A DNA stretch of 32,000 nt, taken from NCBI GenBank assembly GCA_025340205.1, contig CP006868.1, positions 30,001 through 62,000 of the forward strand, written 5' to 3'. Positions within the stretch are counted from its first letter, which is position 1; each line of letters opens with the position of its first letter. Positions 18,076 to 28,360 of this stretch are shown here, one piece after another. The position numbers and the translations under genes are program-made. The DNA is from Ignicoccus pacificus DSM 13166. Its GTDB lineage: Archaea > Thermoproteota > Thermoprotei_A > Sulfolobales > Ignicoccaceae. The notes beneath the pieces were generated by a model that worked only from the letters and a program-made list of their open reading frames with translations, ran no database searches and was not told where the DNA came from.

Positions 18076-18440
18076 TAGAGACGGGAGCACTTCTCTTTAC
18101 CGCAGTAGCGACTGCCATGGTTGTCGGTGCCCTAATAGAAGGAGGTTCGCTGATCCTGAACAAGCTTCTCGAGGATAAGACGCCGGACCACCCGGACAAG
18201 TATGAGACCTACGAGTGTGGAGAGCTAACCATAGGCGACCCCACTAAGGTCAAGTACACTATAAACTTCTACCCTTACCTAGTGGCCTTCCTCGTAGCTG
18301 AGGTCGCCGGCGTGATAGCTCTGGTAAGCGCGGCGAGTCCCAATTGGAACGCTTTGATAGGCGTTGGTATGATGTTCTTCGCTTTACTGGTAGGAATAGC
18401 TTGGATGAGAAAGATAGGAGTAATGACGTGGATGAGGTGA
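18072..18440 (+). CDS. nuoA: NADH dehydrogenase-like subunit A
   Basis: YETYECGELTIGDPTKVKYTINFYPYLVAFLVAEVAGV; ATGA overlap with nuoM. Confidence 0.92.
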   Translation: MIETGALLFTAVATAMVVGALIEGGSLILNKLLEDKTPDHPDKYETYECGELTIGDPTKVKYTINFYPYLVAFLVAEVAGVIALVSAASPNWNALIGVGMMFFALLVGIAWMRKIGVMTWMR

Positions 18441-18445
18441 GAGGA

Positions 18446-19063
18446 ATGGTGTTTAGAAACGTTAACAGGCCCGATTTGAAGAAGATAAAGCCCGTTGGAG
18501 AGGCCGTCAAGTGGGCTAGAAGAAACAGCCTTTGGTTACTTCACTTAGGAATAATGTGTTGTGCCATAGAGATGATGCAAGCGGGTTTCGCCTTCCATGA
18601 CTTCGAGAGAATAGGAGTGCTGGCAAGAGCTACGCCTAGGCAAGTAGACGTGATACTGGTCAACGGTCCTGTGAATAGGAAAATAGCCGAGAGGCTTAGA
18701 AGGTTGTTCATGCAGACTCCAGGGCCCAGGTTCGTAGTCGTTATGGGTGAATGTGCGATAAACGGCGGTCCTTGGTGGGAAAGCGAGTACGTGCTCTCCG
18801 GAATACATGAGCTCATGGAAAGTTTACCAGAGGAAATAAGGAAGCAGACCTATGTCGTGAACCTAGCTGGATGTCCTCCGAGACCAGAGGGATTGATAAG
18901 GGCTATATTGAAGATGGAGGAGCTGATAGAACAGAAGGATCTGAGGAATGTAAGGTTGACCAAATATCCTACGGCTGACGAGGAGGGAAGTAAGAAGAAA
19001 GTTGTCGATCCCATGCTGAGATACATCTATGAAAATAGAAAGAAGGGAGAGGTGAAAAAATGA
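18446..19063 (+). CDS. nuoB: NADH dehydrogenase-like subunit B (start revised from 18344 to ATG 18446)
   Basis: LLHLGIMCCAIEMMQAG, GPRFVVVMGECAINGGPW, YVVNLAGCPPRPEGLI give the four N2-cluster Cys; GGTG 6 nt before ATG 18446. Confidence 0.95.
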   Translation: MVFRNVNRPDLKKIKPVGEAVKWARRNSLWLLHLGIMCCAIEMMQAGFAFHDFERIGVLARATPRQVDVILVNGPVNRKIAERLRRLFMQTPGPRFVVVMGECAINGGPWWESEYVLSGIHELMESLPEEIRKQTYVVNLAGCPPRPEGLIRAILKMEELIEQKDLRNVRLTKYPTADEEGSKKKVVDPMLRYIYENRKKGEVKK

Positions 19064-20673
19064 AGTTTGTTGGAGAACTAGAAAGGAAGGAGTGGAGTAA
19101 TCTAACGTACGTTGAGGTGGAGCCTAACACTTGGTACGAGAACGCCTCAAGACTGCTGGATTCCGGGTACTTGTATCCTCAGATGCTGACTGCCATAGAC
19201 TGGCCCGCCGAGAAGAAGATACAGGTGTTGTTCGTTACTCATAGGTTCAAGGACTCTCATACTGTAGCTATGAGCACTAAGATAGACAGAGAAAACAGAG
19301 AGTTGCCAACCCTCACCGACCTATATCCTGGCATCGAATGGCAAGAGAACGAAGCATATGAGATGTTCGGAATAGACTTCGTCGGTCATCCGGACTATAA
19401 GAGATGGGGCAGAATCAGGAAGATATTGCTTAGCGAGGATCCCAGGCTCTTCCCTAAGGACAGATATCCACTACTCAAGGACTCTGGGGGTTACAAGAAC
19501 TTACCCAAGGTCAATTGGAATGAGATAGAGGGAACCGATAGAGAGAAGGAAGGTCTGAGAGACGACCTCGTCTACGTCTACGTAGGACCCCAGCACCCCG
19601 CTACCCACGGACCCGTGGGCTTCTTGTTAGGCCTTCGCGGAGAAATAGTTGAAGACGTCATTCCTAGGTTAGGATACGTACACAGAGGTGTTGAGTGGAT
19701 CTTCGAGCAAAAGGAGTATAGCAAGATAATACCGCTCTTGGACAGACAATGTTACGTAGACGGAATAGGATGGGAAATACCTTACGTTCTAGCAGTAGAG
19801 GAAATCATGAACGTGAAGGTTGATGAAAGGGCCAACTTGTTAAGGATACTTGCGGCGGAGCTGAGCAGGATACAGTCCCATATACTCTACATTGGTTCCT
19901 TCCTCGAGAACATAAATCACCTAACCGGCTTCGCTTGGACGGTCAGGGACAGAGAAGTATTCATAAACCTATTAGAGATGCTGACCGGACAGAGAATGAC
20001 CTTTAACTACCTTAGAATAGGCGGCGTAGCTAGAGATTTACCACAAGGCTTTAGGGATCTCACGGAGAAAGTCATTGCAAAGTTCGATAAACACCTAGAT
20101 AAGCTGATAGACATAAGTTTGGTCAATCCAACAGTAGCAATAAGGGCGGATGGGGTAGCCCCGGTAAGCGCCGAGGACGCAATAAAGTACGGCTGGACTG
20201 GACCTAACCTTAGGGCTTCCGGCGTAGCGTGGGATTACAGGATAAACAAGCCGTACATGGGTTATGATAGTGTAGACTTTGAGGGTGCCATAGGAAATAA
20301 GGGCGATATCTTAGACAGGATGCTAGTGAGGTTCGAGGAGATAAGACAAAGCTTGAACATCGTGAGGCAAGTACTGAAGAGCTTAACTACCAGAGGAGAC
20401 CTCGGAAAACATTACAAGAGGGCTCCGCCATTCCCGAGGCAGTCCGGCATAGCCTACGGAATACACGAAAGCGCAAGGGGAGAGAACGGCGTGCTTGTAG
20501 TAGCGAATCCCAAGGATCCCAGAGCGAGGATGAAGCCTTGGAGGGTTCACATGAGGTCTCCCGTATTCATACACACTATGAGCCTGAAGTACTTGGGAAG
20601 GGGCTTACTTCTCCAAGACTTCCTGGCGAACTACATCTCACTGGACACTTGTGTAGCCGAAATGGATAGGTGA
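19060..20673 (+). CDS. nuoCD: Fused NuoC-NuoD complex-I-like catalytic-module subunit
   Basis: NuoC part (TDLYPGIEWQENEAYEMFGIDFVGHPD), NuoD part (VGPQHPATHGPVGFLLGLRGEIVEDVIPRLGYVHRGVEWIFE ... SLDTCVAEMDR). Confidence 0.95.
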   Translation: MKFVGELERKEWSNLTYVEVEPNTWYENASRLLDSGYLYPQMLTAIDWPAEKKIQVLFVTHRFKDSHTVAMSTKIDRENRELPTLTDLYPGIEWQENEAYEMFGIDFVGHPDYKRWGRIRKILLSEDPRLFPKDRYPLLKDSGGYKNLPKVNWNEIEGTDREKEGLRDDLVYVYVGPQHPATHGPVGFLLGLRGEIVEDVIPRLGYVHRGVEWIFEQKEYSKIIPLLDRQCYVDGIGWEIPYVLAVEEIMNVKVDERANLLRILAAELSRIQSHILYIGSFLENINHLTGFAWTVRDREVFINLLEMLTGQRMTFNYLRIGGVARDLPQGFRDLTEKVIAKFDKHLDKLIDISLVNPTVAIRADGVAPVSAEDAIKYGWTGPNLRASGVAWDYRINKPYMGYDSVDFEGAIGNKGDILDRMLVRFEEIRQSLNIVRQVLKSLTTRGDLGKHYKRAPPFPRQSGIAYGIHESARGENGVLVVANPKDPRARMKPWRVHMRSPVFIHTMSLKYLGRGLLLQDFLANYISLDTCVAEMDR

Positions 20674-20734
20674 GTTTTTTCAAATCATCTCGAACTCAAA
20701 TTAATCCTCCCACCTTAGGACAAGACGAAGAGGG

Positions 20735-21859
20735 TTGGAGGAAGAGCTAAGAGATCTGGAGGAGTTAGCCGTTCTGCTTTCGCTCCCCGGTACGGCACTA
20801 CTCGTCTTGCTACCGCTTTACATTAAGACATTAGGAGGAGGGAGCGAACTCATCGGTATAGCTAGTAGCGTGGGTCCCATAACCTTCGCGCTAGTGAGGC
20901 TCGTGGGAGGGGCGGCTACCGACGTCTTCGGAAGGAAGAAAACCTTTATCTTTGGATTATTACTTTATGCTCTTGGACTCCTCCTCTTAGCCTTAGCTCC
21001 TAACGCGGATGCTGTCACCCTCGGAGGCTCGCTCACCGGAGCTGGAGCAATGATAGCGATGACGTCTGCTATAGTGATAGTAGCTGACATCGCAGCCTTC
21101 GCTGAAGTTTATGGAAGATTGGCCAGCAAGATGGCGCTTGGAGGAGTCCTCGGATCGATAATTCCCTTTGCAGCCTTATACTTTCTCCCTGAAATAGACG
21201 CCTTCAGAGCGACCTTCTTGATATATTTTCTTATATCCTTGTATGCTACGAAAAAATCATTTGAATTAAAGGAAACAATGCCTAAGCATTCGAAATTAAT
21301 CTTTGAGTGGTCTTTGGAATGGCTCATCGCTACGCTGGTAGGATCTTTGGCATCCCTTGCATCCGGAATAGTTACGCCTTTCTACCCTGTCTATATTGCT
21401 AGTAAGTTTAAACTTGGAGCAATAGACGTAATGTTAAGTTATGCTCCCTCAGCTGTGGCGGCTATAACTTCACCAAGAATTTCCGGTTTGCTCAATCCTA
21501 CCACTAGCCTCGTTCTCTTCAACTTGATAGGCGTTCTGGGCTCCTCTGCCATAGTATTAGGAGGGCTGGCAGTAGCGGCAATAGGTCTGGCACTAGTCGT
21601 TGGTGCAGTAGGAGGAGCGGCAGTAGCTCAAGATACCTTGGTGGCGAAGGGATGTAGGCACTCGTGTGGATTTATGATAGGACTCTATGCTTCAATCACT
21701 CAGCTCTTCATGGGATTGGGGTCGCTCTTTGGAGGTATGATGTACTCGAAGAATCCTCAGCTAGTCTTCCTAGTAGCGGCGTTATCATTTATGGGAGCGA
21801 CGTTGGTAAGCTTCTTCTTCCTACTTATAATTAGAGAAGAAAGAGGGCGAAACATTTAA
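20735..21859 (+). CDS. MFS-family transporter
   Basis: About 12 TM segments, GGAATDVFGRKKTFIFGLLLYALGLLLLAL (MFS motif A-like); TTG start. Confidence 0.8.
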   Translation: MEEELRDLEELAVLLSLPGTALLVLLPLYIKTLGGGSELIGIASSVGPITFALVRLVGGAATDVFGRKKTFIFGLLLYALGLLLLALAPNADAVTLGGSLTGAGAMIAMTSAIVIVADIAAFAEVYGRLASKMALGGVLGSIIPFAALYFLPEIDAFRATFLIYFLISLYATKKSFELKETMPKHSKLIFEWSLEWLIATLVGSLASLASGIVTPFYPVYIASKFKLGAIDVMLSYAPSAVAAITSPRISGLLNPTTSLVLFNLIGVLGSSAIVLGGLAVAAIGLALVVGAVGGAAVAQDTLVAKGCRHSCGFMIGLYASITQLFMGLGSLFGGMMYSKNPQLVFLVAALSFMGATLVSFFFLLIIREERGRNI

Positions 21860-21896
21860 AGCTCGATTCGTTCTGCTAACCCGAACCAGCGGATCG

Positions 21897-23603
21897 GTGG
21901 GAGCGGTGCCTACCCTAGGCGAAGTGATTGCGGAGGTCCAAAGGAACTTAGCTGAGTTATTATCCAGGCTGAGGAGGAAGGAGAGCGCTGCGGACGTCCT
22001 AGCAAGGGTGAGGAAGAGCACCCGAAGGGAACCCCTTCCCGAAAGAGAGGGACTAGGTGGAGGAGGCAGGATTTTCAGAAGCCTAATACCAGCAGAAAGG
22101 CTAGTCGACTTCTACTCAGTCAAGCCTCCCTACAGCTACGTGCTCGTGTACATCGACGAAGAAGAAAGGATAAGGTACCACGTGATAGAGCCTATCTTGA
22201 CCCGTAGGGAGTTAGCTGGTCTAATCAAACTCAAATCAATATTGTATCAAGAATTCCACGCTAAAGGAGAAATACTAAAGCAATCCGTGAAGGATCCACT
22301 TGAAGCTGGAAAGCTAATCGCTCAAACCGTGAGGAGAATTGCGAGAGACTACGGTCTCAAGCTTCCCGTTCTAAGCATTGAGAAGCTTACGTATTATGTA
22401 GTTAGAGATACCGTAGGTTACGGACCCCTAGATGCCATTATTCACGATCCTGCGATAGAGGACATCTTCTGTGACGGCACCGCTCTCCCGATCTACGTAT
22501 GGCACCAAAGGTATGAGTGGTTGAGGAGTAACGTGGTCTTCATTGATGAAGACGAACTCATGAGATATGTTAGAAAGCTAGCGGTTAGGGCTGGCAAGGA
22601 GCTGAGCTACGCCCAGCCGCTATTGGATGGAGCCATACCCCCGTGGAAGTACAGGCTCCACGCCACCCACCCAGTCATTACATACAGGGGCCCCTCGTTT
22701 ACCATAAGGAAGTTCAGAGAGAATCCCTTCACTCTACCAGAGCTCGTAAGGTTGGGTACGATTTCTCCTGAAATAGCAGCCTACTTCTGGATACTAGTAG
22801 ATTCCATCAACTCGGCCTTGATAGTAGGAGCAATGGCGTCCGGAAAGACCACAATGCTAAATGCTATCGCAATGATGATACCTCCGGAGAGCAAGATAGT
22901 AACGGCAGAGGATACACCCGAGATAAGGCTCCCTCACGAGAACTGGGTAGCAATGGTGACTAGGCCCTCCACGGAGCCCGGAGTAGCGGACATCACTCTA
23001 TACGACCTACTGAAGTCTGCCCTAAGACAAAGGCCGGAGTTCATCATCGTAGGAGAGATAAGAGGTTCCGAGGCATTCACGTTCTTCCAAGCGGTGTCGG
23101 TAGGACACGGTGGCTTAGGAACGGTCCACGGTGAAACTGTGGACGCGGCAATAAAGAGGCTGATAACCAAGCCAATGGATGTGCCCAAGGGTCTGATACC
23201 GGCAGTCAAGGTATTCGCGTTGAACGCTAGAGTGAAGTATGGAGGAAAGATAGTCAGAAGGACACTAGAGGTCAGAGAGATCATCGGGATGGACGAGAGG
23301 GGAGAGTTGATCATGAGCACAGCCTTCAAGTGGGATCCAGAGACGGATACTTGGGAGGAGGCTCAGCACTTATACCTTATCGAGAACGCCGCCGAGAAGA
23401 TGCTCCAAGACTACCACCAAGTATATACTGAAATGAAGAGAAGAGCTCTCATTATGAAATGGATGGCTTGGAGGGAGAAGACGAGCGTTAGGGACGTAAT
23501 GGATATGGTAAGGAGGTACAGGAGGAACCCGAACGTGGTCTTCACTCAAGTAGCCTCGGAGCTTAGGGTATCCGGCCTCATGGAGGAGGTGGCTTTACTA
23601 TGA
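21897..23603 (+). CDS. Type II/IV secretion or archaeal type IV pilus assembly ATPase (PilB/TadA/VirB11 family)
   Basis: VGAMASGKTTMLNAIAMMIPP Walker A, TAEDTPEIRLPHENW, RPEFIIVGEIRGSEAFTFFQAVSVGHGGLGTVH. Confidence 0.93.
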   Translation: MGAVPTLGEVIAEVQRNLAELLSRLRRKESAADVLARVRKSTRREPLPEREGLGGGGRIFRSLIPAERLVDFYSVKPPYSYVLVYIDEEERIRYHVIEPILTRRELAGLIKLKSILYQEFHAKGEILKQSVKDPLEAGKLIAQTVRRIARDYGLKLPVLSIEKLTYYVVRDTVGYGPLDAIIHDPAIEDIFCDGTALPIYVWHQRYEWLRSNVVFIDEDELMRYVRKLAVRAGKELSYAQPLLDGAIPPWKYRLHATHPVITYRGPSFTIRKFRENPFTLPELVRLGTISPEIAAYFWILVDSINSALIVGAMASGKTTMLNAIAMMIPPESKIVTAEDTPEIRLPHENWVAMVTRPSTEPGVADITLYDLLKSALRQRPEFIIVGEIRGSEAFTFFQAVSVGHGGLGTVHGETVDAAIKRLITKPMDVPKGLIPAVKVFALNARVKYGGKIVRRTLEVREIIGMDERGELIMSTAFKWDPETDTWEEAQHLYLIENAAEKMLQDYHQVYTEMKRRALIMKWMAWREKTSVRDVMDMVRRYRRNPNVVFTQVASELRVSGLMEEVALL

Positions 23604-24580
23604 GCACCCGTGTGGTGCTCGAGGAAATTATGAAGAAATATACGAAAAAGCAGAAGGCAGAACTCCAAAGAACAAGCTCTCTCTTCTATCTGCTCTACAG
23701 GATATCAAAGGACTTGGGCCTACAAAAGCATTTGGAGCAAGCGTTCAAGTCTATGGAGAAGTACATACTTGGCTCTCAGCTAAAGGTCTCCTACCCCGTT
23801 TACGTAGCCGTGATGGCCCTCCTTCCCCTATTCATTGCGCCTCTGATTGCATTGACTGTATTCGTGATCACGTTCTATGTATTATATATGCCTCCGCTTC
23901 TTTCAATAGTCTTTACGATAGTATCTTTCATCCTAGGATACGCGATAATATTCATGCTCCTTTACTTAGTACCAATAATGATGTTTAGCTCAAGGGCTCC
24001 TATACTTGAGAAAAGCCTAGTGGTTCTTTACGCCTACCTAGCAGCGCTCGGAGTATCGGGAGCCAGCTATACTGAGGCCTTGAGGAAGCTCTGGGAGAAG
24101 AGCGAGACCCTAGGAGCGGAGCCAGAGCTAACGGAGGTGGTGAAGAGAGTCTACATACTCGGCGAAGATGTCGTCGAGGTCCTCAAAGAAGTGGCCGAAA
24201 TAGCTCCACAAAGAGACTTCGGAAACTTCCTCCGAGGACTGGCTAACGTAATAGAATCAGGTGCCGGACTGGAGAACTTCGCAGAGGTAGGCTTCGAAAC
24301 AGCGCTAGCTAACATGCAAGCCAAGATGAAGGAAGCCATGGGTGCTCTAGAGATAATGAGCGAGATGTACGTTACTGGAGCTGCGGTGATGCCAATACTA
24401 GCCTTATCCTTCGCCGTGGTCCTAGCCACAATGGGTCCTTCAGCGAAGATGTTCGGTTTAACACTCCCAGTACCCCCCGCAACCTTGGCTGGTCTGATGG
24501 CGTTCTTCGGAATACCCCTTCTCTCGATCTTCGCTATACTGATGGTAGATGGCACTCTAAGCAAGATAAGGGGGTGGTAA
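23600..24580 (+). CDS. TadC/FlaJ-like membrane platform protein 1
   Basis: ATGA overlap with the ATPase gene; multi-TM protein with the GspF/TadC-type domain context and EMYVTGAAVMPILAL. Confidence 0.7.
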   Translation: MSTRVVLEEIMKKYTKKQKAELQRTSSLFYLLYRISKDLGLQKHLEQAFKSMEKYILGSQLKVSYPVYVAVMALLPLFIAPLIALTVFVITFYVLYMPPLLSIVFTIVSFILGYAIIFMLLYLVPIMMFSSRAPILEKSLVVLYAYLAALGVSGASYTEALRKLWEKSETLGAEPELTEVVKRVYILGEDVVEVLKEVAEIAPQRDFGNFLRGLANVIESGAGLENFAEVGFETALANMQAKMKEAMGALEIMSEMYVTGAAVMPILALSFAVVLATMGPSAKMFGLTLPVPPATLAGLMAFFGIPLLSIFAILMVDGTLSKIRGW

Positions 24581-24583
24581 ACG

Positions 24584-25525
24584 ATGGTGAAGATGGAGAA
24601 GTATGAAATAGCTTTGATGGTTTCGACACCAATACTTGGAATATTAGTAATGATACTACTCTACCAGCCTCCTGGAACTAAGGTCTTTGAGGCACTTCCC
24701 AGAGTATACTTACCCTATGCCCCCCAGACCTTGAGGGCAGTTGCAATAGGCTTAATCGTAATGCTCTCTGGGCCCGCGTTTGGCTACTACTCCTACATGA
24801 GGAGGATAGAGAGCATAATCAATAACACGCCTTTGATGTTGCAAGACATAGCGGTCGCCGTAAGAAGCGGTACGAAGGTCTATGCTTCCTTTGTAGAGAT
24901 CAGCGATAGAGACTACGGGGCCCTCACTCCCTATGTAAGGAGAATAGCTTCCTTGATATACTTACTTGGTCTAGACATGCTAGATGCCTTGAAGTTGGTG
25001 ATAACTGAACTACCAAGGGAGACCAGGAAGTACTTCTACTTCATTGAGGAGGCCTATGAGAGTGGAGGAAGAGCCATCGAAGTGCTGGATAAGGCATCTG
25101 AGCTGGCCAGGAGGATTAGGGAATTCGAGGAGGAAAGGGAAAAAACACTAAAGACACAAGGTTTCATAATTATATTTAGCGTATTAATATTTGTAGCCAC
25201 AGCGGCTATTCTGTATTACCTATCAGTACAGATGTATGCCTCCTCTGTGGAAGTCAACAAGAAGCTAGGTAAGGAACAGCTTCAACCCATAGATCCATTG
25301 GAAGTGTTAGGCTACATATTCTACATGTCGATCTCCTTGTCGATATTTGCGGGCATAGCTACTGGAAAAATAGTCAAGGGAACCACAGCTGCCGGACTCT
25401 TCTATGCGACGATGGTGTTGATGTTGAGCTTAGCGATAGTGTTGCTGCTGCCGTATGTAATACCTCCATACCCGAAGCACGTGAACGTACAAGGAACCAA
25501 TCCTCTGGCGAAGACGGGTGCGTAA
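24584..25525 (+). CDS. TadC/FlaJ-like membrane platform protein 2
   Basis: Multi-TM protein immediately downstream; PLMLQDIAVAVRSGTKVYASFVEISDRDYGALTPYVRRI resembles the cytoplasmic T2SF domain. Confidence 0.7.
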   Translation: MVKMEKYEIALMVSTPILGILVMILLYQPPGTKVFEALPRVYLPYAPQTLRAVAIGLIVMLSGPAFGYYSYMRRIESIINNTPLMLQDIAVAVRSGTKVYASFVEISDRDYGALTPYVRRIASLIYLLGLDMLDALKLVITELPRETRKYFYFIEEAYESGGRAIEVLDKASELARRIREFEEEREKTLKTQGFIIIFSVLIFVATAAILYYLSVQMYASSVEVNKKLGKEQLQPIDPLEVLGYIFYMSISLSIFAGIATGKIVKGTTAAGLFYATMVLMLSLAIVLLLPYVIPPYPKHVNVQGTNPLAKTGA

Positions 25526-25585
25526 GCTCGCGGGAATTAGTACCGTTTTAAGGATAGATCTCAGCACCTCCTAAGGGATCCGATC

Positions 25586-25768
25586 GTGAAGAAAATAAGG
25601 AGCGGTCTAACACTCCAAGACGCTCTATATATCGCAATGATAATATGGGTGGGGCTGAGCATACTCGCTCTCCTCTATGACTTAGTGATAGTTGGCATCA
25701 ACCTACTTCACGGAAACTATAACGTGACCATACCTCTAAAGGTAGGACTTACTATACCGACCGCTTAA
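25586..25768 (+). CDS. Small single-TM protein (60 aa)
   Basis: [41 protein letters not shown]...; same strand, 60 nt after the pilus-like cluster. Confidence 0.5.
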   Translation: MKKIRSGLTLQDALYIAMIIWVGLSILALLYDLVIVGINLLHGNYNVTIPLKVGLTIPTA

Positions 25769-25811
25769 TGCTTTTTTAAAGGAGCTGGGTACCCGAGGTA
25801 GGTCCCCGGAC

Positions 25812-27092
25812 ATGGAGTTACCCAGGAAATGGTATAACATATTGCCAGACCTGCCCAAGCCTCTGCCTCCTTTGAGAGACCCTAGAGGAGCGGAGGACGA
25901 ATTCTCTAGAATAGAATTACTCCTCAAGGTTCTGCCTCAGAAGCTCATCTGGCAAGAGAACACCGTCGAGAGATGGGTGCCGATACCCGACGAAGTACTA
26001 GAAGCTTACAAGGAGATAGGGAGGCCCACACCTCTTTATAGAGCTAGAAGACTTGAGAAGCTCTTGGACACTCCAGCAAGGATATACTTCAAGTACGAAG
26101 GCGCTACCCCTACCGGAAGCCACAAGATAAACACTGCAATTCCTCAAGCCTACTATGCCAAGGAGGAAGGCGTCGAAGGCCTCACTACGGAGACCGGAGC
26201 TGGGCAATGGGGTACTGCCTTGGCCTTAGCGGGAGCTATGTATGAGATGCCAGTCAAGGTGTTTATGGTAAAGAGTAGCTTCTATCAAAAGCCCTACAGA
26301 AAGGTCATTATGAGACTCTATGGCGCCGACGTAACTCCCTCTCCAAGTGAGGAAACTGAATATGGGAGAAAGGTGTTGAAGGAAAACCCAGATCATCCAG
26401 GATCTTTGGGCGTAGCGATGAGTGAGGCGATAGAATATGCTTTGAAGAGAAACTGGAGGTATGGTGTGGGTTCCGTCCTGAATTTCGTTATATTACACCA
26501 AACGATAATAGGCCTTGAGGCCATGAAGCAGATGGAGGAGATAGGCGAGGACCCCGACGTATTAGTCGCTTGCATAGGAGGAGGTTCCAACTTCGGAGGG
26601 CTGATCTATCCTTTCATGGGTCAAGAGCTACAGAGAAGCAAGAATCCCAAAGACAAGAGGAGGAGGTACATTGGGGTGACGCCCTCTGAGGTCCCCAAGT
26701 TCAGTAAAGGTAAGTATGAGTACGACTTTGCCGACTCGGCTGGGTTGTTACCTCAGATAAAGATGCACACCCTAGGTCACGAATTCGTCCCTCCACCGAT
26801 ATACGCTGGAGGACTGAGGTACCACGGAGTGGCGCCGAGCATATCTCTGCTTTATGAGGAAGGATGGATAGAAATGAAGGAATATGACCAGAAAGAATGC
26901 TTTGAGGCTGGCCAACTCTTCGCTAAGGCCGAGGGCATAGTCCCAGCTCCGGAAACTAATCATGCCATAAAGGCAGTGATAGACTTAGCGTTGGAGGCAA
27001 AGAAGAAAAACGAGGAGATGGTAATACTCTTCAACTTCAGCGGGCATGGACTCTTGGATTTGAGCAACTATGAGAAAGTGTTAGGACTCTAG
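25812..27092 (+). CDS. trpB: Tryptophan synthase beta chain, TrpB2 type
   Basis: [45 protein letters not shown] (PLP Lys), [23 protein letters not shown]; long N-terminus typical of TrpB2. Confidence 0.94.
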   Translation: MELPRKWYNILPDLPKPLPPLRDPRGAEDEFSRIELLLKVLPQKLIWQENTVERWVPIPDEVLEAYKEIGRPTPLYRARRLEKLLDTPARIYFKYEGATPTGSHKINTAIPQAYYAKEEGVEGLTTETGAGQWGTALALAGAMYEMPVKVFMVKSSFYQKPYRKVIMRLYGADVTPSPSEETEYGRKVLKENPDHPGSLGVAMSEAIEYALKRNWRYGVGSVLNFVILHQTIIGLEAMKQMEEIGEDPDVLVACIGGGSNFGGLIYPFMGQELQRSKNPKDKRRRYIGVTPSEVPKFSKGKYEYDFADSAGLLPQIKMHTLGHEFVPPPIYAGGLRYHGVAPSISLLYEEGWIEMKEYDQKECFEAGQLFAKAEGIVPAPETNHAIKAVIDLALEAKKKNEEMVILFNFSGHGLLDLSNYEKVLGL

Positions 27093-28217
27093 TAACCTCT
27101 CTATTCCTTCTTCGAGCTTCTTTACGTCCTCATCTCTTAAGCTCCCCTTTATTGTTATAACAGTTCTCACATCGTAGCCTCCCTTCTCAAAGGAACTCTT
27201 ATAGGGAGCCGGTACACATCCCCATCCGCACGTGTTCACGATCAGCACCCTCTTCTTGTACTTGGCCTTTTCAGCTATTGTATCCACTACGTCCCTTACC
27301 GGCCAGAAGGGACCTCCCTCGTAGGTAGGAGAGATAACTACGATGTACTTAGAATCAACTATGTCTGTAAGTATCTCGGAAACCAAGGCGTGAAACGTGT
27401 CGTTGAACCCGAACACGTGAACTTCTACGCCTCTCTCCCTAAGCATTGATACAATCTTGTTTACTACAGATTTGCTAAATCCATACATGCTACCGTAGAT
27501 CAACGTAGCCTTTTCTAGTTCCTCTCCTTTGGCCCACTTTACCCATTCGTCGATTATCTCCTTTCCCCATAGAGGTCCATGTGCTGGTAAGACCTTCTCT
27601 ATTTCTAGTGAGGAGAGCTTTGGTACAGCCCTTATTACAAAATCTTTGTACTTTCCTACTACTGTCATGAAGTACTTTCTGCTTAACCATAAGTTCTGTT
27701 CAAATCCGAATGACCCGAAGGCATCGCAAGTTAGTATTGCCTTGTAGTCTTGGACATAGGTCATTATGGTTTCAGGCCAATGAAGCCATGGCGTGAAGAG
27801 GAATCTAAGCTTCAGACCTACGTCTAGCTCTTCACCATCCTTCAATGCCTTGAATTCAAAGGGTATTCGGTAGTACTCAGATGCCAACGTTTTGACCATA
27901 GGATGACCTAGTACTTTGGGCTTGAAGGAAGATACCACCTCTTTGAAACTTCCCGAATGATCGGGTTCCATGTGGTGAATGACGTAGTAATCAATATGGT
28001 CGGTTAGTTCGCTGAGCGTCTTTACCAAAAGCTCGCCATAGCCTATCTTCCAGCCATCAAACAAGACTACTTTTTCTCCTTTATACAAATAGGCGTTGTA
28101 GGTAACGCCCTCTGGGATTTCCCACATGGCTTCAAAGTACTTCGTCCTCTTATCAAGTAGCTTCAGTTGATACAGGTTAGGAAGCACTTCATTTACCGTA
28201 TAGTTAACACCTTTCAA
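27081..28217 (-). CDS. A-type flavoprotein / flavodiiron protein
   Basis: [29 protein letters not shown] metal-site motifs, then flavodoxin domain ([16 protein letters not shown]...VISPTYEGG). Confidence 0.92.
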   Translation of the reverse strand: MKGVNYTVNEVLPNLYQLKLLDKRTKYFEAMWEIPEGVTYNAYLYKGEKVVLFDGWKIGYGELLVKTLSELTDHIDYYVIHHMEPDHSGSFKEVVSSFKPKVLGHPMVKTLASEYYRIPFEFKALKDGEELDVGLKLRFLFTPWLHWPETIMTYVQDYKAILTCDAFGSFGFEQNLWLSRKYFMTVVGKYKDFVIRAVPKLSSLEIEKVLPAHGPLWGKEIIDEWVKWAKGEELEKATLIYGSMYGFSKSVVNKIVSMLRERGVEVHVFGFNDTFHALVSEILTDIVDSKYIVVISPTYEGGPFWPVRDVVDTIAEKAKYKKRVLIVNTCGWGCVPAPYKSSFEKGGYDVRTVITIKGSLRDEDVKKLEEGIERLLES

Positions 28218-28318
28218 CGACCCTCGCCATAGCTATTGCTAGAGCCTGGGAGTAAAGCTGAGCGCTTGAAAAGTCCACACAGTCTTCTTAAGGGACACTT
28301 AGCACAATTGCTCTCCAT
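28214..28318 (-). CDS. Candidate 34-aa Cys-rich small protein
   Basis: Not in ORF track. My translation [34 protein letters not shown]; GGTG 6 nt before ATG; TGA stop overlaps the TTG start of the flavodiiron gene (TTGA). Confidence 0.4.
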   Translation of the reverse strand: MESNCAKCPLRRLCGLFKRSALLPGSSNSYGEGR

Positions 28319-28360
28319 TCTAACCACCTTGAGGATCTTAACCCTCTTTGTAATGAGAGC

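Noticed and set aside
18344-18445. 34-aa N-terminal extension of nuoB in the ORF track
   Set aside because: Overlaps nuoA by about 97 nt; ATG 18446 has GGTG 6 nt upstream and gives a normal NuoB N-terminus.
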